Assembly: GCA_036231405.1 (NCBI GenBank)
Contig: JAZAHK010000003.1
Coordinates: forward strand, 96,001 to 160,000
From: Nitrospinota bacterium
GTDB taxonomy: Bacteria; UBA8248
Reading direction: 5' to 3'
DNA length: 64,000 nt
Shown: positions 1 through 8,717 of the stretch, piece after piece
Layout: the number at the start of each line of letters is the position of its first letter
How positions within the stretch are numbered: position 1 is the stretch's first letter
Position numbers and translations under genes: made by a program
The notes under the pieces: generated by a model
Database searches by the model: none
Told to the model about the DNA's origin: nothing
What the model saw: the letters and a program-made list of their open reading frames with translations, nothing else

Positions 1-2
1 TT

Positions 3-608
3 GAAGGTGATGCAAACGACTATATGGCAAAAGGTTTATCTGGTGGTAAAATTATCGTTTTTCCGCCTACCAACTCTACTTTTATTGCTGAAGAAAATAT
101 TTTGATCGGAAATGTTGCACTTTATGGTGCTACTTCTGGAGAAGCATACTTCAGGGGACTAGCTGGTGAAAGATTCTGTGTTCGAAATAGCGGGGCAGAA
201 GCTGTGGTTGAAGGAGTAGGAGATCATTGTTGTGAGTATATGACTGGTGGCCGAGTAGTAGTTCTTGGACAAACAGGACGTAATTTTGCTGCAGGAATGT
301 CAGGCGGAATTGCTTACGTTCTTGTTCTTGACGGAAATTTTGAATTGAAGTGCAACAAAGAAATGGTAGAACTAGAAAAACTTACTGACCCAGATGACAT
401 TGAAGAAGTAAAAAATCTTATAAATAATCACGTTGCATACACTAAAAGTTCTCTCGGGAAAAAAGTGATTGGAAACTGGGAAGAATACTTGCCAAAATTT
501 ATTAAGGTCATGCCTACCGATTACAAAAGAGCGATGATGGCAAAAGAAATTGCAAAAGAAAAAGGAATCCCTTGGGAGGAAGCAGTAATGGAGGGTGCAC
601 ATGGGTAA
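3..608 (+). CDS. gltB: Glutamate synthase large subunit, C-terminal GXGXG domain (5'-partial)
   Basis: [42 protein letters not shown] and NFAAGMSGG motifs; frame open from the window edge; overlaps the gltD start. Confidence 0.97.
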   Translation, partial: EGDANDYMAKGLSGGKIIVFPPTNSTFIAEENILIGNVALYGATSGEAYFRGLAGERFCVRNSGAEAVVEGVGDHCCEYMTGGRVVVLGQTGRNFAAGMSGGIAYVLVLDGNFELKCNKEMVELEKLTDPDDIEEVKNLINNHVAYTKSSLGKKVIGNWEEYLPKFIKVMPTDYKRAMMAKEIAKEKGIPWEEAVMEGAHG

Positions 609-2052
609 AGTTACTGGTTTTTTTGAATATAGTAGAGAAAAAGCTGAAGGACGTCCTCTAGAACAGAGAAAGCAAGATTGGAACGAAGTGTATCTTCCTT
701 TCGCAGAAGAAAAACTTCAAATTCAAGGTGCTCGCTGTATGAATTGTGGAATACCTTTCTGTCATAGTGACTGTCCTCTTGGGAATTTTATCCCAGATTG
801 GAATGATTTAATCTATAAAGATCGTTGGGAAGAAGCATCAGCGCGTTTACATGCCACCAATAATTTCCCAGAGTTTACTGGGAGGCTTTGCCCTGCTCCT
901 TGCGAGGGAGCATGCGTCTTGGGAATAAACAAAGACCCTGTAACAATCAAACAAATTGAAGTTTCGATCATAGACCGGGCTTTTAAGGAAGGCTGGGTAA
1001 AAGCCTCGCCTCCTGTTTCAAGAACAAATAAAAAAGTTGCTGTGGTTGGTTCTGGACCCGCGGGCCTAGCGGCTGCACAACAACTAAATCGTGCTGGGCA
1101 TACAGTCACTGTCTTCGAAAGGGATGACCGTTTAGGAGGACTTCTGCGTTATGGAATTCCTGAATTTAAAATGGAGAAAAAGTTTCTAGATAGAAGAATT
1201 CAGATCATGGAAGAAGAAGGAATTTTATTTAAAACTAGTTGTGAAATTGGTGGAAATATATCTGCTGCTTCAATTAAGGAGGAGTTCGATGCAATGGTAC
1301 TAGCTGGAGGTGCAAGACAACCTCGGGACCTACCGATTCCTGGAAGAGAATTAAACGGAATTTTTTTTGCAATGGAATTTCTTCCATTACAAAATCGAAT
1401 TTGTGAAGGGGATTCTATTTCAGAAAAAGAAGTAATTTCTGCCAAAGACAAAAATGTAGTGATCATAGGTGGTGGTGACACTGGAGCAGATTGCCTAGGT
1501 ACAACAATTAGACAAGGAGCGAAATCAATACATCAACTTGAAATTCTTCCAAAACCACCTTTAGAGAGAGACTCTGAAAAAAATCCTTGGCCTTTATATC
1601 CTAATATTTTCAGAGTATCTTCTGCACATGAAGAAGGTGGAGAACGTCTTTACTCTGTTTCTACTAAGTGTTTCGAAGGAATAAAAGGAAAAGTAGAAAA
1701 GCTTCAAATCGTGAATGTAGAGAGTAAAATTGACGAAAACGGTCGAATGAATTTCGTTGAAGTAGAAGGAAGTAATTTTGAACTGAAGGCTGATCTTGTT
1801 CTGCTAGCTATGGGATTCTTAGGACCAGAACAAAACGGTCTTCTAAAAGAGTTAAATATAGATGTGAATGAGCGAACAAACGTTAAACGTGATCAAAACT
1901 GGATGACTAATATTCCTGGAGTATTTACAGCAGGTGACATGCAGCGAGGTCAATCCTTAATAGTGTGGGCTATAGCAGAAGGTCGTTCTTGTGCGTATGC
2001 TGTAGACAAATTTTTAATGGGAAAATCCGAATTACCCACTCCACTGTCCTAA
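601..2052 (+). CDS. gltD: Glutamate synthase small subunit
   Basis: MGKVTGF start at 601, [10 protein letters not shown] and GRLCPAPCE Fe-S motifs, GSGPAG and GGGDTG dinucleotide motifs, [14 protein letters not shown]. Confidence 0.97.
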   Translation: MGKVTGFFEYSREKAEGRPLEQRKQDWNEVYLPFAEEKLQIQGARCMNCGIPFCHSDCPLGNFIPDWNDLIYKDRWEEASARLHATNNFPEFTGRLCPAPCEGACVLGINKDPVTIKQIEVSIIDRAFKEGWVKASPPVSRTNKKVAVVGSGPAGLAAAQQLNRAGHTVTVFERDDRLGGLLRYGIPEFKMEKKFLDRRIQIMEEEGILFKTSCEIGGNISAASIKEEFDAMVLAGGARQPRDLPIPGRELNGIFFAMEFLPLQNRICEGDSISEKEVISAKDKNVVIIGGGDTGADCLGTTIRQGAKSIHQLEILPKPPLERDSEKNPWPLYPNIFRVSSAHEEGGERLYSVSTKCFEGIKGKVEKLQIVNVESKIDENGRMNFVEVEGSNFELKADLVLLAMGFLGPEQNGLLKELNIDVNERTNVKRDQNWMTNIPGVFTAGDMQRGQSLIVWAIAEGRSCAYAVDKFLMGKSELPTPLS

Positions 2053-2079
2053 AGATTGTCCTGGGGTTTTACAAAACTA

Positions 2080-2967
2080 TCAATTAGCTTTTTTCCAACC
2101 TAGTCGATCAGAGATAAGTTTTATTAAATTTGAACGATTCAAAGAATATATATGGAAATGCTTAGATCCTAGACCTTCTAAAGATATAATCAACTGGGAT
2201 GTCATTTCAGCAGATAGTTCATTAAAACCAGTAGGATCATTTTTATATTTCAAAAGCTTATTTGCTATTCCATCTGGCACATTGGCGCCACACCGCTTTG
2301 CAAAACGAATGGTTTGATCTATATCTCTAATTGGTAAAACACCAGGAATCAAAGGGATAGTAATATTCTTTCTTGAACAGCGTTCTAAAAAAGACTCCCA
2401 TACGTTAGATTCAAAGAAAAATTGGGATATAGCATAATCGGCACCAGCATAGATTTTTTCAGAAAAATACTCTAAATCTTTTTCGAAATCAGGAGTCTCA
2501 GGGTGTCCTTCTGGATAACAAGCAACCCCGATTGAACTGAATCCACCAATATCTCTAAGCCATTTCAACAAATCAATCGCATATTTAAAATCTGAAGAAA
2601 CAAGTTTGTCTTTCGAAAAATCCTCAGGGATATCTCCTCGTATTGCAAGTATGTGAAACATATTGTTTTCTTTATAAATTTTAATCAATTCAGTCAGATC
2701 AGATCTTGTAGCGCCTATACATGTTAAATGTGAAACCACCCTTTCCTCATAAATTTGAGATAGTTTCGTAACTAACTCCAAAGTCCCTGCTTGTGTTGAT
2801 CCTCCGGCCCCATAAGTAACAGAAAAAAATGACACATCAATTAACGTGCTAATTTTTTTAGTTTCTTTTAGTAGATGAAAACGAGAATCTTCATCCTTAG
2901 GAGGGTAAAATTCTATTGAAATAGAAGTACTCGGATCAGAAATAACTTTTATCAATTTCGAATCCAA
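2080..2967 (-). CDS. metF: 5,10-methylenetetrahydrofolate reductase
   Basis: SIEFYPPK, SVTYGAGG, HLTC, RGD, YPEGH and SQFFF motifs; start placed at TTG 2967 because the ORF-track start (3027) lies inside a terminator hairpin. Confidence 0.93.
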   Translation of the reverse strand: MDSKLIKVISDPSTSISIEFYPPKDEDSRFHLLKETKKISTLIDVSFFSVTYGAGGSTQAGTLELVTKLSQIYEERVVSHLTCIGATRSDLTELIKIYKENNMFHILAIRGDIPEDFSKDKLVSSDFKYAIDLLKWLRDIGGFSSIGVACYPEGHPETPDFEKDLEYFSEKIYAGADYAISQFFFESNVWESFLERCSRKNITIPLIPGVLPIRDIDQTIRFAKRCGANVPDGIANKLLKYKNDPTGFNELSAEMTSQLIISLEGLGSKHFHIYSLNRSNLIKLISDRLGWKKAN

Positions 2968-2993
2968 ACTCAGAATCCCTATTTTAAAATAAG

Positions 2994-3032
2994 AAATAAA
3001 AAAAACCGGTGTGGATTTTTCATCCACACCGG
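2994..3032 (-). terminator. Intrinsic terminator after the sod-peroxiredoxin pair
   Basis: Perfect 11-bp inverted repeat CCGGTGTGGAT (3006-3016) / ATCCACACCGG (3022-3032), followed by a T-run on the minus strand. Confidence 0.85.
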
Positions 3033-3047
3033 CAATTAAAACAAGCT

Positions 3048-3512
3048 CTAACTTAGACTTTCAAGTACTGCAAAGAGTGCATCGTTATCTGGCAACTCTG
3101 GCGGTGTAGGCGATACTTGCATATGGACAATCTTTCCTTCTTTATCGATCAAAACTACCGCTCTATTACTAAAACCCTTTTCGTGCATCAGACCATAAGA
3201 TTCAACTGTACTCTTCCCGAAAAAATCACTTAATAACGGGTATTCAACTCCAAGTTTTTCTGCCCATGCAGCATGAGAAAATGGACTATCTACACTAATG
3301 CCTAGAACTTGACAGTTTGCGCTTTTAAATTTATCAGACTGGGCTTGATAAACAGGAAGTTGTTCCCCACAAGCACCTGAAAAATCGAAAGGATAGAAAC
3401 AAAGAAGGACATTACTTGTCCCGCGATAATCACTTAACTTTATTGCATCTCCAGCATCTTGTGCCTGTGGAAGTTCAAAATCTGGAGCATCATCTCCAAC
3501 TGCTAATACCAT
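3048..3512 (-). CDS. Peroxiredoxin, AhpC/TSA family (AhpE-like)
   Basis: APDFEL, FYPFDFSGAC (PxxxS/TxxC), GISVDSPFSH, YPLLSDF, RAVVLIDKEG. Confidence 0.9.
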   Translation of the reverse strand: MVLAVGDDAPDFELPQAQDAGDAIKLSDYRGTSNVLLCFYPFDFSGACGEQLPVYQAQSDKFKSANCQVLGISVDSPFSHAAWAEKLGVEYPLLSDFFGKSTVESYGLMHEKGFSNRAVVLIDKEGKIVHMQVSPTPPELPDNDALFAVLESLS

Positions 3513-3553
3513 TTGAAATCTCCTTAAAGAAATCTAAAAATTAGTTTGCTAGG

Positions 3554-4150
3554 CTAAGCTGATCCAAAACGGGAAGCAACATCTTCCCAATTCACAACAT
3601 TCCACCATGCGGAAATATAATCAGGTCTTCTATTTTGATAATTCAGATAATATGCATGTTCCCATACATCTATCCCGAGTAATGGAACAAAACCTTCAGT
3701 TCTTGGACTAGTTTGGTTCGGCATTGTTTTGATTTCAACAGAACCTGAGCCAGATTTAGTTACAAGCCAACACCAACCACTTCCTTGAACTGTAGTTGCA
3801 GATTTTGAAAAATCATCCTTAAATTTATCAAAATCTCCTATTGCTGATGCTAAATCTCCACTAGGAGCACCGCCACCATTTGGACTCATATTTTTCCAAA
3901 AAATGCAATGATTATCATATCCACCACCATTAAAATTAACAGCACCGCGAATATCTTCTGGAACAGAACCTATATCCGAAAGAATTTCTTCGATACCCTT
4001 TCCTTCCAAATCAGTTCCTGCAGAAACGTTATTTAAATTTGTAGTATACGTATTGTGGTGTTTGGTATGATGGATTTCCATAGTTCTTGCGTCAAGATTT
4101 GGCTCTAGTGCTGCGTAATCATAATCTAGGTTTGGAAGTTCAAATGCCAT
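3554..4150 (-). CDS. sodA: Fe/Mn superoxide dismutase (probably Mn-type)
   Basis: [31 protein letters not shown]. Confidence 0.95.
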   Translation of the reverse strand: MAFELPNLDYDYAALEPNLDARTMEIHHTKHHNTYTTNLNNVSAGTDLEGKGIEEILSDIGSVPEDIRGAVNFNGGGYDNHCIFWKNMSPNGGGAPSGDLASAIGDFDKFKDDFSKSATTVQGSGWCWLVTKSGSGSVEIKTMPNQTSPRTEGFVPLLGIDVWEHAYYLNYQNRRPDYISAWWNVVNWEDVASRFGSA

Positions 4151-4235
4151 GGGCTCTTTCTCCTCTATTTTAAAAAAATTAAACTTAATAATTAATATTT
4201 ATTTTATTATATCTCTTATTTAACAAAAAACGTTA

Positions 4236-4988
4236 TCAAACTGCAAGATATCCTCCATCCACAACAAGATTATGTCCATGTACATATTGAGAAGATTCTG
4301 AAGACAAAAATACAATAGATTCAGCGACTTCTTCCGGCTTCCCAAATCTAGGAAGAGGCATATTTGAAGTTCTGTGACTTTCTATGGTTGGATCTTCTCT
4401 GATAAGTTCTACCATACCCTCTGTCATAATTGGTCCGGGAGCAACTGCATTTACGTTAATTTTTTCTTTCGCTAATTCAAAAGAAAGAGAACGAGCCATA
4501 TTCACTATTGCACCTTTACAAGCACAATAAACAGAAAAATTAGGTGCACCAACAAAACCAAACGTACTAGAAATAAGCACTACCTTGCCTCCACCACGTT
4601 TCTTAAATTCAGGAACTACTTTTTGAACCGACAAATAATAACCTTTTATATTAACTCTCCAAGCTTTTTCTAAATCCTCTTCTTCTACTTCCATGAATGA
4701 TTTCGTAGGTCGAAAAATTGCCCCACAAACTAAAATATCAATACCTCCGAAACTATCAGAAGTTTCTCTTGTCATTTTTTCAATTCCTTCGCTTGTTCCG
4801 CAATCTACTACTATAGACTTAAAGTTTCCACCACCACTTTGAATGTCCTTTTCTAATTCTCCAAGACGATTAGCATCTAAATCAGCAACTGCAACACTAG
4901 CACCCTTTTTCGCAAACAATTTAGCGGTTGCAGCACCTATCCCTTGTGCCCCGCCTGTAATCAAAACAATTTTTTTCTCAAATTCCAT
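4236..4988 (-). CDS. SDR family oxidoreductase
   Basis: TGGAQGIG, YCACK (YxxxK), NAVAPG, VDGG. Confidence 0.93.
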   Translation of the reverse strand: MEFEKKIVLITGGAQGIGAATAKLFAKKGASVAVADLDANRLGELEKDIQSGGGNFKSIVVDCGTSEGIEKMTRETSDSFGGIDILVCGAIFRPTKSFMEVEEEDLEKAWRVNIKGYYLSVQKVVPEFKKRGGGKVVLISSTFGFVGAPNFSVYCACKGAIVNMARSLSFELAKEKINVNAVAPGPIMTEGMVELIREDPTIESHRTSNMPLPRFGKPEEVAESIVFLSSESSQYVHGHNLVVDGGYLAV

Positions 4989-5053
4989 ATGACCTCCAAT
5001 TAAGGGAACTCGACTTTAAACGCGCGTTCACTAAGTCTCAAAAAATAATTTAT

Positions 5054-5950
5054 TCAAATTTTCATTCTTTGAATATCATCAAAGTCTCTATAAAGTAGAG
5101 ACAAATCCTCTTCGATCATCCCCCGCGAAACAGCTTTTTGTATAAATTCAAGTGTCTTCTCTCCAAGTTCAACTTTCAATTTTTTCTTCCTAGCTAATTT
5201 AATCGCAAGGCCCACATCTTTATCCATATTATAAATTCTAGCTAGAGCATTCCATTTACCCGAAAGTATATTGTTTGGAAACCGGTGTCTGCTAGCATAA
5301 CTAAATGCAGTCGAAACGTTGAATACATCAATCATATCCTCAATACTAATCCCCATTTTTTCTGCCAAACGAGCCCCTTCACAAGTTGCAAGAAACATAG
5401 TGTGAAGAACCATATTATGTATTAATTTCATGGTCTGACCAGCACCTATTTCTCCCAAATGAAAAATATTATCAGTAAAAAGAGACAGGATTTTTTTAGT
5501 CTTTTTGAGTGTTTTTTTATCGCCACCAATCATAAGAGTTAATTTTCCTTGTTCTATACCGGAAGGTCCTCCACTCATAGCAGCATCCAGGTAAGAAATT
5601 TTATGTTCTAAAGCTTTTTTCGCGAGTTTTTTTGTCTGAATTGGATCAGAAGTTGTAAGGTCAAAAATTACCAAGCCTTTTTTAGCGTTTCTTAAGATTC
5701 CTCCCTTCCCATTAAATGTGGAATTTATCTCTCTCGAGGATGGAACAACAAAAAAAATCACAGAACACTCTTGAGACATGTCTATAGGTTTTACTAATGA
5801 AAGATTTTTGTTTTTAGCAATTTTTTTTCGAAGATCAGAATCAACATCCCATATATAAACATTACTTCTCAAACTGCCCAAACGTACGGCTAAAGAACCA
5901 CCCATTCTTCCTAACCCAACTACCCCAATAGGCTTAACTTTTGACATCAA
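5054..5950 (-). CDS. NAD(P)-dependent beta-hydroxyacid dehydrogenase (3-hydroxyisobutyrate dehydrogenase family)
   Basis: GVVGLGRMG, LDAAMSGG, LTLMIGG, GAGQTMKLIHN. Confidence 0.88.
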   Translation of the reverse strand: MMSKVKPIGVVGLGRMGGSLAVRLGSLRSNVYIWDVDSDLRKKIAKNKNLSLVKPIDMSQECSVIFFVVPSSREINSTFNGKGGILRNAKKGLVIFDLTTSDPIQTKKLAKKALEHKISYLDAAMSGGPSGIEQGKLTLMIGGDKKTLKKTKKILSLFTDNIFHLGEIGAGQTMKLIHNMVLHTMFLATCEGARLAEKMGISIEDMIDVFNVSTAFSYASRHRFPNNILSGKWNALARIYNMDKDVGLAIKLARKKKLKVELGEKTLEFIQKAVSRGMIEEDLSLLYRDFDDIQRMKI

Positions 5951-6127
5951 ATGATACTCCCTTCAAAAGAAGATTCGATAAGATGTGTTTGAAAAGAAAT
6001 TGAAAACTTAATTTTTGCATACAGAATCATGGAAATTCGTCGATAATGAAAATCCAGCCCCTAAATGATCTTTAAATTTTAACTATTGTAAACAGTGAAA
6101 ACTGAAGAGTCTATTATAGAAAATAAA

Positions 6128-6158
6128 ATTAAAACATAAGGGGCGAGAAAACCCCCTA
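6128..6158 (-). terminator. Probable intrinsic terminator downstream of tRNA-Lys and a small ORF
   Basis: Minus strand reads TAGGGGGT-TTTCTC-GCCCCTTA (8-bp stem with two G-U pairs), followed by TGTTTTAATTTT. Confidence 0.55.
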
Positions 6159-6190
6159 AAAATAAGAAAAGAGTTTATCAAGAAATATTT

Positions 6191-6274
6191 CTAAGAAAAC
6201 AACCAATACATCCCAACTATAACCACAAAGACCGCGATTATAATTCTAGTAGGCATTCACATAAATCTATTCAT
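6191..6274 (-). CDS. Candidate small membrane peptide MNRFM(TGA)MPTRIIIAVFVVIVGMYWLFS
   Basis: GAGG RBS 6 nt before ATG 6274; in-frame TGA at 6257-6259 followed directly by ATG; hydrophobic stretch; TAG stop; downstream terminator. Confidence 0.3.
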
Positions 6275-6309
6275 AGGAAACCTCATTATTTAATTGGAAA
6301 AATATTTGT

Positions 6310-6385
6310 TGGTGAGCCGCCCGGGACTCGAACCCGGGACCTACGGATTAAAAGTCCGGTGCTCTACCAACTGAGCTAGCGGCTC
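6310..6385 (-). tRNA. tRNA-Lys (TTT)
   Basis: GAGCCGC/GCGGCTC acceptor stem, TAGCTCAGTTGGTAGAGC D-arm, CT-TTT-AA loop, GGTTCGAGTCC T-arm, encoded CCA; 76 nt. Confidence 0.97.
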
Positions 6386-6490
6386 CCAACAAGAAAGAAT
6401 ATCTACTTCGGGCGATAAGATAAGTCAAGTCAAGACCTATAATTTTAAAAAATTTTCAATCCCAGAAAAGTTCTCAAAAAAAAAAGAAAC

Positions 6491-6519
6491 TTGACTATAT
6501 CTATCTCTGAGTGTTCAAT
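6491..6519 (+). promoter_or_regulatory. Putative sigma70 promoter of tRNA-Thr
   Basis: TTGACT-17 nt-TTCAAT ending 22 nt before the tRNA; a matching TTGACT on the minus strand (6423-6428) faces tRNA-Lys. Confidence 0.4.
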
Positions 6520-6541
6520 CAAACAAGATTCTGACGTATTT

Positions 6542-6616
6542 GCCGACGTAGCTCAGAGGTAGAGCAGCTGATTCGTAATCAGCAGGTCAGGAGTTCAAGT
6601 CTCCTCGTCGGCTCCA
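6542..6616 (+). tRNA. tRNA-Thr (CGT)
   Basis: GCCGACG/CGTCGGC acceptor stem, GCTGA-TT-CGT-AA-TCAGC anticodon arm, GTTCAAG T-loop, encoded CCA; 75 nt. Confidence 0.97.
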
Positions 6617-6648
6617 AAATAAATTTAGAAAATTCAGGGGTTTAAAAC

Positions 6649-7707
6649 ATGAAAGTTTTGATTACTGGTGGAGCAGGATTTATTGGTTCAAACACAGCGA
6701 AAAGATTCATTAATTCTGGTCAAGAGGTGATCGTATTCGACAACTTATCGAGAAAGGGAACAAATTCAAATTTAGACTGGCTAAGAAAAGCTGGCAATTT
6801 TACCTTTATTGAAGGTGACGTAAGAAACTATGAACAAATTAAAAATGTTTTCTCAGAGAATCCAAAGATCGAAATAGTAATTCATCTTGCTGGCCAAGTT
6901 GCTGTAACAACCTCTGTTCTAGAGCCTCGCGAAGATTTCGAAATAAACGCCATAGGTACTTTCAACGTTCTTGAAGCAATAAGAAAGTTTTACGAACTTA
7001 CCCCTTTAGAAGACGGCAAAAAAACCTTAAAAGATTCCCCGTTTTTAATTTTTTCTTCCACCAATAAAGTTTACGGAAAAATGGAAAATATTGAGATTGT
7101 TGAAAGAAACGACAAATATGTATACGAACAATATCCACTTGGAATTTCTGAAGATACGACCTTGGACTTCCATTCCCCTTATGGCTGTTCAAAGGGAGTT
7201 GCTGATCAATATGTTATAGATTACTCAAGGATCTACGGAATTAAATCTGTAGTGATGAGACAATCCTGTATTTATGGGTATAGGCAATTTGGAATAGAGG
7301 ACCAAGGGTGGGTTGCATGGTTCACAATTGCATCTTTGCTTGAAAAAGAAATTACCATTTATGGAAATGGAAAACAGGTTCGTGACGTCTTATTTATAGA
7401 TGATTTGATAGATTGCTATGTTAAGGCAATTGAGAATATGGAAAAAATAAGTGGAAAGGCCTACAATATAGGAGGTGGGCCTGATAGTACCCTTTCTCTT
7501 CTGGAACTAATAAGTCATCTAGAAAAACTCACTAATAAAAAAATTTCTCCTTCATTCTCTACTTGGAGACCAGGAGATCAGCCTGTTTTCGTTTGCAACA
7601 TAGAAAAAGCCTACGAAGAATTCGGATGGAAACCTAAAACTACTGTAGAAGAGGGTCTCTCTAAATTACAAAAATGGGTTTATGAAAATAAAAATTTATT
7701 TGTATAG
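6649..7707 (+). CDS. NAD-dependent sugar-nucleotide epimerase, CDP-paratose 2-epimerase (tyvelose epimerase)-like
   Basis: TGGAGFIG, HLAGQVAVTTS, STNKVYG, DFHSPYGCSKG, RQSCIYG, EDQGWVAWF, RPGDQ. Confidence 0.85.
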   Translation: MKVLITGGAGFIGSNTAKRFINSGQEVIVFDNLSRKGTNSNLDWLRKAGNFTFIEGDVRNYEQIKNVFSENPKIEIVIHLAGQVAVTTSVLEPREDFEINAIGTFNVLEAIRKFYELTPLEDGKKTLKDSPFLIFSSTNKVYGKMENIEIVERNDKYVYEQYPLGISEDTTLDFHSPYGCSKGVADQYVIDYSRIYGIKSVVMRQSCIYGYRQFGIEDQGWVAWFTIASLLEKEITIYGNGKQVRDVLFIDDLIDCYVKAIENMEKISGKAYNIGGGPDSTLSLLELISHLEKLTNKKISPSFSTWRPGDQPVFVCNIEKAYEEFGWKPKTTVEEGLSKLQKWVYENKNLFV

Positions 7708-7825
7708 AACAAAAATGTAACCCGGTGCTAACTCTTTAGATGGAAAGAAACTAGATGGTTTCAAAACAAAATCCTGCAATCGTCCCTGTTTTTAAAAAAA
7801 AATAAATTCTAAAAGTTTTTATATA

Positions 7826-8692
7826 ATGAAGGAAATATGGGAGATAAAATCGATGGAAGAAGAGAAAAGACAAGTTAGAGTTTCAGAAACAAAACAAATT
7901 ATAGCCGACGATTGGGACGATGCGACTCCCGATAACACCTGGTTAGATTTTGGATGTGAATGGGATCCAGACTATATGGAAGCATGGTTAACGGGGCATT
8001 GGGGGTTTTTTAAATCTGACGAGCCACGACACTTAGATCATAAGACAAGAGAAATGATAGTTGCAGGGGTTTTAGCCTTCCGTGATAGACCAGGTGCATA
8101 CACACACGCAAAAAATGCGATAAAACTGGGTGCAAGTGTAAACGAATTATTAGAAGTTTTCTCTGTTGCTGTCGCTGCAGGTGGTTCTCCAACCCTTATG
8201 GTGGGCTTAGATTCATTACGAAGGATTGCAAATGAAGATAGTAGTTATAGTCCTAAAGATAGGGACTGGAAATATAGTGTGAGAAGAGAAATTCAAGAGA
8301 TTAAAAATAATACATCTGAGTCTAGAGAAGAAAAAATAAATCGCATAACAAAGAAAATAGAAAATGACATGGGATATAAAGACGAAGCAATAGCATATGG
8401 AATAAATTTAGATCCAGATTTTTTTGAAGTGAATTCTAGGGTGTATTGGGGGTTTTTCGAAGGGAAAAACGGACATCTAGATCCAATTGTAAGGACGATG
8501 GTTGGCCTTGTCATTATGGCATACAGAGGCATGAGAGAAGAACTATACGAAAACACAAAAAAAGCTATTAAACTAGGATCAACGGAAATGCAACTACTGG
8601 AGGCTTTTGAAGTTTGTGTCACTCCAGGTGGATTAATAGTTCTTCACGAGGGGCTGCGTGCTTTGAAACGCATAAATGACGAAAAAAACTAA
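7826..8692 (+). CDS. Carboxymuconolactone decarboxylase (CMD/AhpD-like) protein with two tandem domains
   Basis: Two copies of LD..xRxMxxxxxxAxR...AIKLGxxxxxLLExxxVxVxxGG; no CxxC; real start may be 7853. Confidence 0.78.
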   Translation: MKEIWEIKSMEEEKRQVRVSETKQIIADDWDDATPDNTWLDFGCEWDPDYMEAWLTGHWGFFKSDEPRHLDHKTREMIVAGVLAFRDRPGAYTHAKNAIKLGASVNELLEVFSVAVAAGGSPTLMVGLDSLRRIANEDSSYSPKDRDWKYSVRREIQEIKNNTSESREEKINRITKKIENDMGYKDEAIAYGINLDPDFFEVNSRVYWGFFEGKNGHLDPIVRTMVGLVIMAYRGMREELYENTKKAIKLGSTEMQLLEAFEVCVTPGGLIVLHEGLRALKRINDEKN

Positions 8693-8717
8693 ATCATTCA
8701 TATAGGACTCGCACCGA

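Noticed and set aside
3048-3512. Possible selenocysteine in the peroxiredoxin, MsrA or the Mo enzyme
   Set aside because: The peroxiredoxin and MsrA catalytic codons are TGT, and the Mo enzyme frame has no internal stop.
4170-4215. Fur/PerR-like box upstream of sod
   Set aside because: The region is almost entirely A/T, so any match cannot be told apart from background.
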